Source: Polyangiales bacterium (GTDB lineage Bacteria; Myxococcota_A; Polyangia; Polyangiales; Polyangiaceae). Taken from it: a DNA stretch of 64,000 nucleotides. The DNA is taken from contig JBBRLQ010000035.1 in NCBI GenBank assembly GCA_038231275.1, forward strand, positions 9,059 through 73,058, given 5' to 3'. Positions 37,688 to 46,472 of this stretch are shown here, piece by piece. Position 1 is the stretch's first letter. Each line of letters begins with the position of its first letter. The notes below the pieces were generated by a model, which did not search any database, was not told the origin of the DNA, and saw only the letters and a list, made by a program, of their open reading frames with translations. A program made the position numbers and the translations under genes.

Positions 37688-39640
37688 ATGATCAGGCTGG
37701 AAGTAACGAGAGGCCAGACGGCGGGGAGCCACACCGAGTCGTCCGCGGACGTGCTCCGAATCGGGCGCGCGGACGGCTGCGATCTTCTCGTGCCCGACGA
37801 TCACGTGTCGAGCGAGCACGCGCGCATCGAGTGGAGCGGGGTCCGTCACGTCCTGCGCGACAACCGCTCCACCAACGGCACCGCCCTGATCCGCGCCGGC
37901 GAGCGCATCCCGCTGGACGACGCGAACGGCCGCGAGCACGTCATCGAGTCGGGCGACGGCATCGAGCTCGGGTCTGGTGATCGTATCGTCACCATCGCGG
38001 TGACCATCACCGAGGACGCCGACAGCGCGCGCGTCGTCGCGATGCGCAAGATCGACGATCTGGCGCCCGCCGCGACCAAGCTCGAGAACGACATCAGCCG
38101 CGTACGCCAGCTGTACGAGGCGCAGAAGGAGATCGCGACGGCGAGCGATCTCGGCGACGTCCTCACCGCGGTGTGCGACGCCAGCTTCCGCCTCGTCCCG
38201 CAGGCCACGCACGTCACCGTCATCCTCCGCGACGACGACGAGGAGACCGCGCGCCCGACCAACACCGCCGCCGGCTACGTCCCCGTGCTCACGCGCGTCC
38301 GCGGCCAGGACGGACCCAGCTCGGGGCCCATTCCGATCACGCGCAGCGTCTTCCGCAAGGTGCTCAGCGAGCGCGCCGCGGTGCTTGCCGCCGACGCGCC
38401 GCAGGACGTCGGTCAGACCGAGTCGCTCCTCGGCGCGCAGATCCGCTCGACACTCGGCGTGCCGCTGTGGCGCGGAGAAGAGATCCTCGGCGTCCTCCAG
38501 ATGGACAACCGGGAGAGCGCCGGCGTCTTCACCGCCGGCGATCTCGAGATGGTCGCGGTGCTCGCCCACAACGCTTCGCTCGCCGTCGCGAACGCGCGCT
38601 TGGTCCGCCGCCTCCGCGCCGCCGAGGATCGGCTGAAGAAAGAGAACGCCTTCCTCAAGAGCCGCGAAGAGACGCGCCGCACCGGCGGACGCAGCGGTCA
38701 GCAAGAGATCATCGGCCAGAGCCCGGCGATGCGGACGCTCAACGCCCAGCTCGACAAGGTCGTCGACACGCGCGTGACGGTGCTCATCGAGGGCGAGACC
38801 GGCGTGGGCAAAGAGCTCGTCGCCGCCGCCGTGCACTACCGCTCGCGCCGACGTGACAAGCTCTTCGTGAGCCAGAACTGCGCGGCCATGCCCGAGAGCC
38901 TCCTCGAGAGCGAGCTCTTCGGCCACAAGAAGGGCAGCTTCACCGGCGCGCACGAGGACAAGAAGGGCCTCTTCGAGATCGCCGACGGCGGCACGCTCTT
39001 CCTCGACGAGGTCACCGAGATGCCGGTGTCGCTCCAGTCGAAGCTCCTCCGCGTGCTGCAAGAGGGGGAAATCCGGCCGATCGGCGCGACACAAGAGCGC
39101 CGCGTGAACGTGCGCATCGTCGCCGCGACGAACCGCACGCTCGAAAAGGAGGTCGAGGGCGGCCGGTTCCGCGAGGACCTCTATTACCGCTTGAAGGTCT
39201 TTCCGCTGCGCGTGCCCCCGCTCCGCGAGCGGCGCGACGACATTCCGATGCTCGCGCAGTATTTCCTCACGCGATACTCGACGGAGCTCGGCAAGCCTTC
39301 GGGTGGCTTCTCGCAGCAGGCGATGGAGCTGGTGCAGGGGTACGACTGGCCGGGCAACGTGCGCGAGCTGCAGAACGAAGTGCAGCGCCTCGTCATTCAA
39401 ATCGACGCGGGCGGCTTCGTGACGCCGGATCTCCTCTCGCCGCGCGTGCGTCAGGTCGAGGGGATGATCGAGCGCGTGCGCCCCACCAAAGGGACGCTCA
39501 AAGAGATGATGGATCAGCTCGAGCGCTGGCTCCTCATCGAAGCGCTGCGCGAGCACTCGAACAACAAGACGAAGGCAGCCGTCGCGCTCGGGATCACGCG
39601 CGAAGGACTCCACAAGAAGCTGCGCTCGTTCGGGCTCTGA
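37688..39640 (+). CDS. FHA-GAF-sigma54 activator
   Basis: FHA (IGR, SSEH, STNGT), [28 protein letters not shown]. Confidence 0.92.
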   Translation: MIRLEVTRGQTAGSHTESSADVLRIGRADGCDLLVPDDHVSSEHARIEWSGVRHVLRDNRSTNGTALIRAGERIPLDDANGREHVIESGDGIELGSGDRIVTIAVTITEDADSARVVAMRKIDDLAPAATKLENDISRVRQLYEAQKEIATASDLGDVLTAVCDASFRLVPQATHVTVILRDDDEETARPTNTAAGYVPVLTRVRGQDGPSSGPIPITRSVFRKVLSERAAVLAADAPQDVGQTESLLGAQIRSTLGVPLWRGEEILGVLQMDNRESAGVFTAGDLEMVAVLAHNASLAVANARLVRRLRAAEDRLKKENAFLKSREETRRTGGRSGQQEIIGQSPAMRTLNAQLDKVVDTRVTVLIEGETGVGKELVAAAVHYRSRRRDKLFVSQNCAAMPESLLESELFGHKKGSFTGAHEDKKGLFEIADGGTLFLDEVTEMPVSLQSKLLRVLQEGEIRPIGATQERRVNVRIVAATNRTLEKEVEGGRFREDLYYRLKVFPLRVPPLRERRDDIPMLAQYFLTRYSTELGKPSGGFSQQAMELVQGYDWPGNVRELQNEVQRLVIQIDAGGFVTPDLLSPRVRQVEGMIERVRPTKGTLKEMMDQLERWLLIEALREHSNNKTKAAVALGITREGLHKKLRSFGL

Positions 39641-39646
39641 GCTCGG

Positions 39647-40141
39647 CTACGAAGCGCCGGACAGATCGTGCGCGGTCGGATGCACACCTGGATCCGCGGC
39701 CGCGGCGAGGCGACCGTAGACGTTGCCGCTCTCGGGATCGACGGCATCGGGTGCGATGTCGGAGAGCGGACGCAGCGCGAAGCCGCGCACGCTGAGCTGT
39801 GGGTGCGGGACGACGAGGCGCTCGGTTTCGAGGGCGATGCCGTCGATCCACAAGACGTCGAGATCGATCGTACGTGGGCCCCATTTTTCGCGCCGCTCGC
39901 GGCCGAGCATGCGCTCGATGCCGAGGAGGGCGTCGAGGAGATCCTCTGGCGCGCCGTCGTAGTCGAGGAGGACCGCGGCGTTCAGGAAGGTGGGCTGCGG
40001 CGGGCCGATGGGGGCGGTCTCGTAGACGCGCGAGAGCTTGATGACCTTGCCGATCTTGCGCATCGCGCGGACGGCGTTGCGGAGGTGCTCGAGCCTGTCC
40101 CCAAGGTTCGATCCGAGACCGATCGCCGCGCGAAGCGTCAC
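39647..40141 (-). CDS. folK: 2-amino-4-hydroxy-6-hydroxymethyldihydropteridine diphosphokinase
   Basis: IGLGSNLG, YETAP, FLNA, WGPRTIDLD, VPHP. Confidence 0.95.
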   Translation of the reverse strand: MTLRAAIGLGSNLGDRLEHLRNAVRAMRKIGKVIKLSRVYETAPIGPPQPTFLNAAVLLDYDGAPEDLLDALLGIERMLGRERREKWGPRTIDLDVLWIDGIALETERLVVPHPQLSVRGFALRPLSDIAPDAVDPESGNVYGRLAAAADPGVHPTAHDLSGAS

Positions 40142-40218
40142 GTCTGCGAGGGTACCAGGTTCGCCAACGGGCCGATTCGACCAACCGCGGCGCGGCCCAC
40201 TGCTAGAACGGGAGCATC

Positions 40219-40608
40219 ATGAACGTCACCAAGGTCACCCCCATCCTCGTCGTCGACGCGATCGAGCCGTGCCTCCCCTTCTGGACCGGCCCCATGGGTT
40301 ACACGAAGGCCGTCGAGGTCCCTCACGAGGGGCGGCTCGGCTTCGTCCTTCTCACCAAGGAGGGCGGTGAGCTCATGATGCAGACCCGCGCCAGCGTCGC
40401 GGCCGATCTGCCGGCGATGAAGCTCGACGTCACGTGTGTACTTTACATGGATGTACCGTCGCTCGACGCGGCGCTCGAGGAGGCGAAGGGGGCGACGGTC
40501 CTCGTCCCGCCGCGTACGACGTTCTATGGCGCGCGCGAGGCCTTCCTCCGCGACGCCTCGGGCAACGTGTTCGGGTTCTCCGAGCAGGTGAAGACCGCGG
40601 GCGCGTGA
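40219..40608 (+). CDS. VOC/glyoxalase family protein
   Basis: VTPIL, TFYGAREAFLRDASGN. Confidence 0.8.
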   Translation: MNVTKVTPILVVDAIEPCLPFWTGPMGYTKAVEVPHEGRLGFVLLTKEGGELMMQTRASVAADLPAMKLDVTCVLYMDVPSLDAALEEAKGATVLVPPRTTFYGAREAFLRDASGNVFGFSEQVKTAGA

Positions 40609-40626
40609 TCGCGGAGGCCCGCGCGC

Positions 40627-41346
40627 TCAGGCGGCTTGGGCCTTGATCTCGGCGCTGCGGATCTCGGTGTAGACGGGCGGGGCTTCGAGCGAGAGGCGGC
40701 GACGCACTTCGCCGACGGGTAACGGGAGGAGCGTCTCCCACTCCTGTTCGGGGAACCACGCCGCCTTGAGGCCGCGACGGAAACCGTCGAGGATCGTCTT
40801 GCGCGCGTTCGCGCCGCCGCTCGGGGCGTTGAGGGTCTTGCTGAGGCCGATGACGATGATGAGGCCGATCGCAGGGTTCCACGTCTGCGCGAAGGTGAAC
40901 GCCAGGAGGGCGGTCTCGCCGAGCACGTCGCCGGAGTAGCCGGTCGCCGCGTGCCAGAGATCGTGCGTGTCGCGCATGCGCGCGTGCGCCCATTCGAGGG
41001 AAGCGGGCATTGGCTGCTCGTGGGTCATCCCCTTGTCCCCCGCGGCGCGGATCCCGTCGGCCGAGATGTTCTCGCGGAGGACGAAGTCGAGGTACGCGCG
41101 GCCGAGCGATCCGTCGGGCATGCGCGCCAACGCGTCGCGATCGGCGAGGTGGTCGACGACGTCGGGGCGGCGCTCGAGCAAGCGTCGTCCCGCCTCGCTC
41201 CTCCGCAATCGCCGCGCGATCCGCGGGAGCGTGTCGCCCGAGAGCGACTCGATGATCGTGAAGACCTGGGGCAAATCGTCGGGATCCGCCGCGAGGATAC
41301 GGGCGGCGCGGAGGGCTCGACGCGGCGCGAATTGAACGTAGGTCAT
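40627..41346 (-). CDS. Coq4 family protein
   Basis: LARMPDGSLGRAY, RDTHDLWH (HDxxH), GE. Confidence 0.8.
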   Translation of the reverse strand: MTYVQFAPRRALRAARILAADPDDLPQVFTIIESLSGDTLPRIARRLRRSEAGRRLLERRPDVVDHLADRDALARMPDGSLGRAYLDFVLRENISADGIRAAGDKGMTHEQPMPASLEWAHARMRDTHDLWHAATGYSGDVLGETALLAFTFAQTWNPAIGLIIVIGLSKTLNAPSGGANARKTILDGFRRGLKAAWFPEQEWETLLPLPVGEVRRRLSLEAPPVYTEIRSAEIKAQAA

Positions 41347-41390
41347 GCGAAGAGCTCCTTTGGCGGACTCCCTTAGCTTTGGATCAATGA

Positions 41391-41423
41391 ACAATATTGT
41401 CAATAGCTCCGGACAAACTTGTC
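41391..41423. promoter_or_regulatory. Two palindromic operator-like sites (ACAA-N2-TTGT) overlapping a minus-strand TTGACA
   Basis: ACAATATTGT 41391-41400 and GACAAACTTGTC 41412-41423 in an AT-rich gap between coq4 and tetR. Confidence 0.6.
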
Positions 41424-41454
41424 GGTACGTGTGGGGTGGGCGATGCTGGCGAGG

Positions 41455-42078
41455 ATGCCCAAGCCCGCGAAAGGAAAGCCGCGGAGACGCCTGGACGCCG
41501 ACGCCGCGCGGGCGCTCATCCTCGACGCAACCGAGAAGCGGCTCGTCGTGGTCGGTCCCTCGGGCATTCGCCTGCAGGAGGTGGCGGCCGACGCCGGCGT
41601 CTCGCACCCGACGGTGCTGCATCATTTCGGGAGCAGGGACCTGCTCGTGAAGGCGGTGATCTCGCGCTCCCTCCACGCGATCAACGCGTCGCTCGTCACC
41701 GCGATCGAGGCGTCGGGGGGAGACGAGTCGCGGCTCGAGGCCATGCTCGACAACGTGGCGACCGCGCTTGAAGAGAGCGGGCACGCGCGCGTGATCCTGT
41801 GGCTCGTGCTCGAAGGTCACCGCATCGACGGCACCGACGTGAGGCTCACCCACGTCGTCGATGCGACCCACGCGCTACGCCTGGCGCGGAGGCCGCGCGG
41901 GAAAGCGACGCGCGAGGACACCGCGCGGACCGTGGTGCTCGCGTCGCTGGCGTTGGTGGCGGGCGCGGTGCTCGCGCCGACGATGCTGGAGAACGCCGGC
42001 CTCGGAGGAGGCCCGCGAAGCGCATCCGATTTTCGCAAATGGCTCGCGCGCCTTCTCTTGGCGCACTTCGACGCGTGA
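41455..42078 (+). CDS. TetR/AcrR family regulator
   Basis: ILDATE...IRLQEVAADAGVSHPTVLHHFGSRDLL HTH; start 41443 or 41455. Confidence 0.9.
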   Translation: MPKPAKGKPRRRLDADAARALILDATEKRLVVVGPSGIRLQEVAADAGVSHPTVLHHFGSRDLLVKAVISRSLHAINASLVTAIEASGGDESRLEAMLDNVATALEESGHARVILWLVLEGHRIDGTDVRLTHVVDATHALRLARRPRGKATREDTARTVVLASLALVAGAVLAPTMLENAGLGGGPRSASDFRKWLARLLLAHFDA

Positions 42079-42104
42079 TCTGCTGCGCCGCGCCCGGTCG
42101 AAGG

Positions 42105-42728
42105 CTACGGCTTCGTGCCTTCGAGCATGAGCGGATCGGTCAAGGTGCCGCTGTAGCCGCCGTTGACCTGCCCGTTCTGGACGAAGAAGAAATATTGACC
42201 GCTGTGCTGCCCGCCGATCGCCGCGTCGATCGTGATGGTGGCGCCCGGCTCGGTGTCGAACGTGAAGCCGTGGATCTCCGCGCCCGTGGTCGTGCTCGAG
42301 TCGAGCTCTTGCCCTGTAGTGGAGAGGCGCGACGCACCGACCGGCGAGTCCGTCTTGAGGGCGATCGTTCCTTGGGCGACGTTCACGCGGATCGCGAAGT
42401 CGCAGGTGAGCGGCCCCGAGGTGTTCACGTTGGTGTCGCAGGTCCACCAGACGTGCCAGTGCCCGCCCGAGGAGTACTCGGTGAAGACGCCGACCCCGTC
42501 GCCCGGCTTGGCGTTCATCGTCTTGTCGGTGTCGATGTCGACGAGGATGGGCGTCGCGCTGCTGGGGCCGCCGCTGCTCGTCGCGCCGCCGCCACCGCCA
42601 CCTGACGTGCCGCCGGTGCCGCTCGGCCCGTAATCACGCGACGGGGGAGGATCGCTACGGACGACGCACGCCGCCGTGAGCTGCGCGAGGACGGCGACGC
42701 CGAAGAGCGAGAGCTTGGAGAGGCTCAT
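42105..42728 (-). CDS. Hypothetical lipoprotein
   Basis: LTAAC lipobox, Gly/Ser linker, 'GGHWHVWWTCDT'; overlaps upstream stop (ATGA). Confidence 0.65.
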   Translation of the reverse strand: MSLSKLSLFGVAVLAQLTAACVVRSDPPPSRDYGPSGTGGTSGGGGGGATSSGGPSSATPILVDIDTDKTMNAKPGDGVGVFTEYSSGGHWHVWWTCDTNVNTSGPLTCDFAIRVNVAQGTIALKTDSPVGASRLSTTGQELDSSTTTGAEIHGFTFDTEPGATITIDAAIGGQHSGQYFFFVQNGQVNGGYSGTLTDPLMLEGTKP

Positions 42729-44164
42729 CGCCGACCCCCGCGCGAGCCGCCACCCCCACGGAACCCGCCGCCGCCGCTGGAGACGTGGGGCGCCGAGTAA
42801 CTGGGCGTGGACTGGTGGAACGTGGGCGCCGACGAGTGATAGCTCGGCGTCGACGAGTGGAAGCCGCCGCTGCTCGGTGCCGAGTAGTGCTGCGTGGGCG
42901 CCGAGTAGGGGGCCGAGTAGTGCTGCGCGGGAGCCGAGTAGGGGGCCGAGTAGTGCTGCGCAGGAGCAGAGTAGTGCTGCGCGGGTGCCGAGTAGGGGGC
43001 CGAGTAGGCCGAGCGCGAGGACGGCGCGGAGTACGGCACCGGGTGCGGTGTCGGCGAGACGCCGCGGTACTGCTGCGCCGACGCGACCGGTGCGTGCTGG
43101 CCGAGCGTGGTCGGCGTGCTGCTTCCAAAGCGCGGAGCTTGCGTGTTCGCTTGCGCGTTGCCGAAGCGCGGCGCCGTGTTGGTCGAGGCCGGGAAGTGCT
43201 GCGCGACCTGCTGCGGAGGACGCGCGCCGACGGCGGTCGCAGTGGACGGCTTGGAGAACTGCTGCGCGCGCGCCAGACCGCTGTTGGTGCCGGAGGCCGG
43301 AGGATTCGTCACGCCGTAGGAGCGCGGGGGCGGACCACCGACGGTCGGGTGCGCGACGCCGCGGCCGACGCTCGGGTTCGCCGGGACGTATGGACGCGTG
43401 TGCGACGCGACGACGGCGACCTGCGGACCCGCGACGATGTGGCCATTGAGGCCGCTGCCAACGAAGACATGCGAGCTGTGGCAGAAGACGAACGGCGCGA
43501 CGGGCACGTACCCGATGCCGACGGCGTACCCGCCGTGCCAGTACCAGGTCGGCGGCATCGGCGCCCATCCGACGTAGCCCCAGTCGTCGTAGCCCGATCG
43601 CCAGCTGACCCACGCGCCGGCGTACGTGCGGCCCGGGATCCATCCCCACCCGCGGCCGCCGATGTAGACCCAGCGGCCGTAATGGAACGGCGCCCAGCCC
43701 CAGTCGTAGTCGCTGACCCAGACGTAGTCGTCGTCGTACGCCCAGTGACCGGCGGTCACGTACGGAGAGAACTCGGTGCCTACCACGGTCGGTGAAGGAG
43801 TCCACACGGTGCCGTAGGTCGAGTCGTCGACCCAGGTACCGTACGGATCGAGCGCGGGCTTGAAGTCCGCGAGCGCGGCCGGATCGGTGTCCGCGTATTC
43901 GCTGCCGTCCGCGCCGACCTGGATGTCGCCGGCTTGCGGCGTGGCGTAGCTCGCCTCGGCGCCACCTTGCGCGCCGGGGACTTGGATCTGGGCGGGCGCG
44001 GTCATGTTCGGCGGCTCGCTCGCCGCGACGCTCTGCTCGGGCCCGTCGACGCCGGGCGGCGGAGGGTATTGCGCCTGCATGTTCGCCGACTCACCGCCGC
44101 AGCCGACCAACGCGGCGAGGGCGGGAAAGAGGAGCGCTGCGGCCAGACCTGCCAATGACTTCAT
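42725..44164 (-). CDS. DUF6600-like lipoprotein with low-complexity tail
   Basis: LVGC lipobox; 'LDPYGTW...YGTVWTP...PY...GHW...WGWAPFHYGRW...AWVSWR...GWAPMPP'. Confidence 0.8.
   Translation of the reverse strand: MKSLAGLAAALLFPALAALVGCGGESANMQAQYPPPPGVDGPEQSVAASEPPNMTAPAQIQVPGAQGGAEASYATPQAGDIQVGADGSEYADTDPAALADFKPALDPYGTWVDDSTYGTVWTPSPTVVGTEFSPYVTAGHWAYDDDYVWVSDYDWGWAPFHYGRWVYIGGRGWGWIPGRTYAGAWVSWRSGYDDWGYVGWAPMPPTWYWHGGYAVGIGYVPVAPFVFCHSSHVFVGSGLNGHIVAGPQVAVVASHTRPYVPANPSVGRGVAHPTVGGPPPRSYGVTNPPASGTNSGLARAQQFSKPSTATAVGARPPQQVAQHFPASTNTAPRFGNAQANTQAPRFGSSTPTTLGQHAPVASAQQYRGVSPTPHPVPYSAPSSRSAYSAPYSAPAQHYSAPAQHYSAPYSAPAQHYSAPYSAPTQHYSAPSSGGFHSSTPSYHSSAPTFHQSTPSYSAPHVSSGGGGFRGGGGSRGGRR
42878..43007 (-). 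repeat. Coding repeats (YSAP / AQHYSAP)
   Basis: Recurring gccgagtagtgctgcg and gccgagtagggg units. Confidence 0.7.
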
Positions 44165-44205
44165 GGGTGCCTCAACAAAGGATCGAACGCCTGAACGTTG
44201 GACGT

Positions 44206-44222
44206 TGCAATGCCCGAGCCGA
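44206..44222 (-). promoter_or_regulatory. Candidate sigma54 promoter
   Basis: Minus strand TCGGCTCGGGCATTGCA, GG-N10-GC, ~42 bp before ATG 44164. Confidence 0.4.
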
Positions 44223-44426
44223 AGGAAATGTGCGTCTTTTTTCTGAGGAGTCCAGGGGTTTCACGGGCCCTCCGGACAGTTTGCCCCGCCCCGGGTGGGC
44301 GTTCTGGGGCACCCTGCTCAGGGGGTCGGGACGACCGACACGACGGTCCCGGACGAGTTGGCAGATCGCCCTGTAGACCGCGCCGTTTTGGCACCCACAT
44401 CTCCGCCGGGGCCGAGCGGTTGAGCC

Positions 44427-44502
44427 GTCGCGCTCCTCTTCAGGTCGCGCTCCTCTTCAGAACGGGCCGCTATCTGAACGGGCCGACTCAGAACGGGCCG
44501 CT
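44427..44502. repeat. Intergenic short direct repeats
   Basis: gtcgcgctcctcttcag x2 (44427-44460); tcagaacgggccgct at 44457 and 44488; third gaacgggccg at 44476. Confidence 0.8.
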
Positions 44503-45510
44503 GAACGGCTTGTCGGTGTTCTCGATACCGCCCGTGCCACGGGTGACCGCGCACGCCGCGAGCGCCGCGGCTTCGATCTCCTTCGCCCCCGGATAGAACG
44601 TCGGCTCGATCGCCTGGCTGCTCGGTACGGCGCTGTCGGGCCACACCACGCGGCGCGGCGCAGCGCGGAGCGAGTCGAACGCGCGCTCCGTCACCGACGC
44701 GAGGACCTCACCGGCGACGCCGCACGGTCCCCAGTCCGAGTCCGCGACGACGAGGCGCCCGGTCTTTGCGACCGAACGGAGCACCGCCTCCATGTCGAGC
44801 GGACGAATCGTCCGCAGATCGATCACCTCGGCCGACACGCCAGCGCCGGCGAGCGCGGCGGCGGCCTTCGTCGATTCGGCGACCATCGGCCCGACCGCGA
44901 CGAGCGAGACGTCGGTCCCGGCGCGCAGCACCGCCGCCTTGCCGAGCGGGACCACGTAGTGGCCTTCCGGCACGGGCGCGTCGTCCTCGTGCATCCACCG
45001 GTGCTCGATGAAGATGACCGGATCGTCGTCCTCGATCGCGGCGGCGAGGAGGCCCTTCGCATCTGCGGGGCTCGACGGCACGACGCACTTGATGCCCGGC
45101 ACGTGGGAGAAGAGCGCGTGATGGCTCTGCGTGTGCTGCGGCCCGTTTCCCCATCCACGACCGACGACGGCGCGCACCACCATCGGCACGGTCTGCTGGC
45201 GCCCGAACATCGGCGCCCACTTCGCCGCGTGGTTGATGATCTGGTCCATCGTGAGGAGCGTGAAGTCGATGCGATGGTGGATCATCACGGGGCGCATCCC
45301 GAGGGTCGCCGCGCCGACGCACATTCCGGTGAGCGCGTTCTCGGCGAGCGGACCTTCGACGACGCGGTTGGGGCCGAAGCGCTCGAGCATTCCGGTGAGG
45401 GTCCCCCACACGGCGCGCGGATCGACGATGCCGACGCCGATGAGGAACACGTTCGGATCGCGCTCCATCGCGACCATGAGCGCGTCACGGATTGCTTCGC
45501 GGAACTTCAC
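44488..45510 (-). CDS. TPP-dependent dehydrogenase E1 beta-like subunit
   Basis: KFREAIRDAL, FGPNRV, PLAEN, GPQHTQS, DPVIFIEH, DLRTIRPLD. Confidence 0.9.
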   Translation of the reverse strand: MKFREAIRDALMVAMERDPNVFLIGVGIVDPRAVWGTLTGMLERFGPNRVVEGPLAENALTGMCVGAATLGMRPVMIHHRIDFTLLTMDQIINHAAKWAPMFGRQQTVPMVVRAVVGRGWGNGPQHTQSHHALFSHVPGIKCVVPSSPADAKGLLAAAIEDDDPVIFIEHRWMHEDDAPVPEGHYVVPLGKAAVLRAGTDVSLVAVGPMVAESTKAAAALAGAGVSAEVIDLRTIRPLDMEAVLRSVAKTGRLVVADSDWGPCGVAGEVLASVTERAFDSLRAAPRRVVWPDSAVPSSQAIEPTFYPGAKEIEAAALAACAVTRGTGGIENTDKPFSGPF

Positions 45511-46445
45511 GGCGCGCCTCCTTCCCACGCGGGCCACGGAGAGCTGCGCGCGTGGGCGAACGCGGCGTCGATGAGCGCCGAGATCTCGCTCTCCATCGCG
45601 TCTACCTCTGCGGGCGTGACGAGCGATCGCGCGCGCTCGAGCGGGCCGTTCTTTGCCCAACCATCGACCTCCGCCTTCGTGCGGTAGCCGAGATCGTCGT
45701 CCTCGTTGATGCCGCAGTGCTCGAGGACGCGGTACGTGTGGAACTCGAGGAGCGTCGGTCCCGAGCCGCGTCGCGCGCGCTGCACGGCCTCCTCTGCTGC
45801 GCGCGTCACGGCACGGACGTCGTTGCCGTCGTGCGCCGACGCCGCCATCCCGAAGCGCTCGCCGTGCTTGTAGATGTCGGGCTGCGCCTGCCGATCCTTG
45901 ATGTGCGTGTTCGTCGCGTAGAGGTTGTTCTCGCAGACGAACACGACCGGGAGCTTCCGCAGCGACGCGAAGTTCAGCGTCTCGTGGAACACGCCCTCTT
46001 CGACGGCGCCGTCGCCGAAGCTCGCGACCGCGACGCGATCCTGGCCGCGCATCGTGAACGTCAGCGCCGCGCCTGCCGCGTGCGAGATGGTCCCGGCGAC
46101 GATCGCCGACGTGCCGGTGACGCCCGCCGCGAGATCGATGAGGTGCATCGATCCGCCCCACCCACGGCTGCACCCGTTCGCGCGCCCGTAGAGCTCGCTC
46201 ATCATCGCCGGGAGATCGCCCCCCTTCGCGAGGTACCAGCCGTGCGAGCGGTAATAGGGGAAGACGAGATCGTCCTTGCGAAGCGCCGCGCACACGCCGA
46301 CCGCGATCGCTTCGTGCCCCATGCACAGGTGCGGCGGCGAGCGCATCTCGCGGAGGTGGTAGGTCGTCTTGATGCGCTCCTCCACGCGACGGATGAAGAG
46401 CATGCGCTGGAAGAGATCGCGCGGCGAGGTGACGGCGGTGGACAC
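45507..46445 (-). CDS. TPP-dependent dehydrogenase E1 alpha-like subunit
   Basis: HLCMGHE, YRSH, GGSMH, FGDGA...ENN TPP motif, TYR. Confidence 0.9.
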   Translation of the reverse strand: MSTAVTSPRDLFQRMLFIRRVEERIKTTYHLREMRSPPHLCMGHEAIAVGVCAALRKDDLVFPYYRSHGWYLAKGGDLPAMMSELYGRANGCSRGWGGSMHLIDLAAGVTGTSAIVAGTISHAAGAALTFTMRGQDRVAVASFGDGAVEEGVFHETLNFASLRKLPVVFVCENNLYATNTHIKDRQAQPDIYKHGERFGMAASAHDGNDVRAVTRAAEEAVQRARRGSGPTLLEFHTYRVLEHCGINEDDDLGYRTKAEVDGWAKNGPLERARSLVTPAEVDAMESEISALIDAAFAHARSSPWPAWEGGAP

Positions 46446-46472
46446 GATCCGATGATAGCGAACGACGTTCTT

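Noticed and set aside
38930..38950. GSFTGA instead of GAFTGA
   Set aside because: Common functional variant in sigma54 activators
44165..44426. Possible ncRNA in the longest intergenic gap
   Set aside because: No recognisable tRNA, riboswitch or other RNA motif by eye; would need an Rfam scan
44427..44508. Possible mini-CRISPR
   Set aside because: Repeats are 10-17 bp with no unique spacers of suitable length and no cas genes
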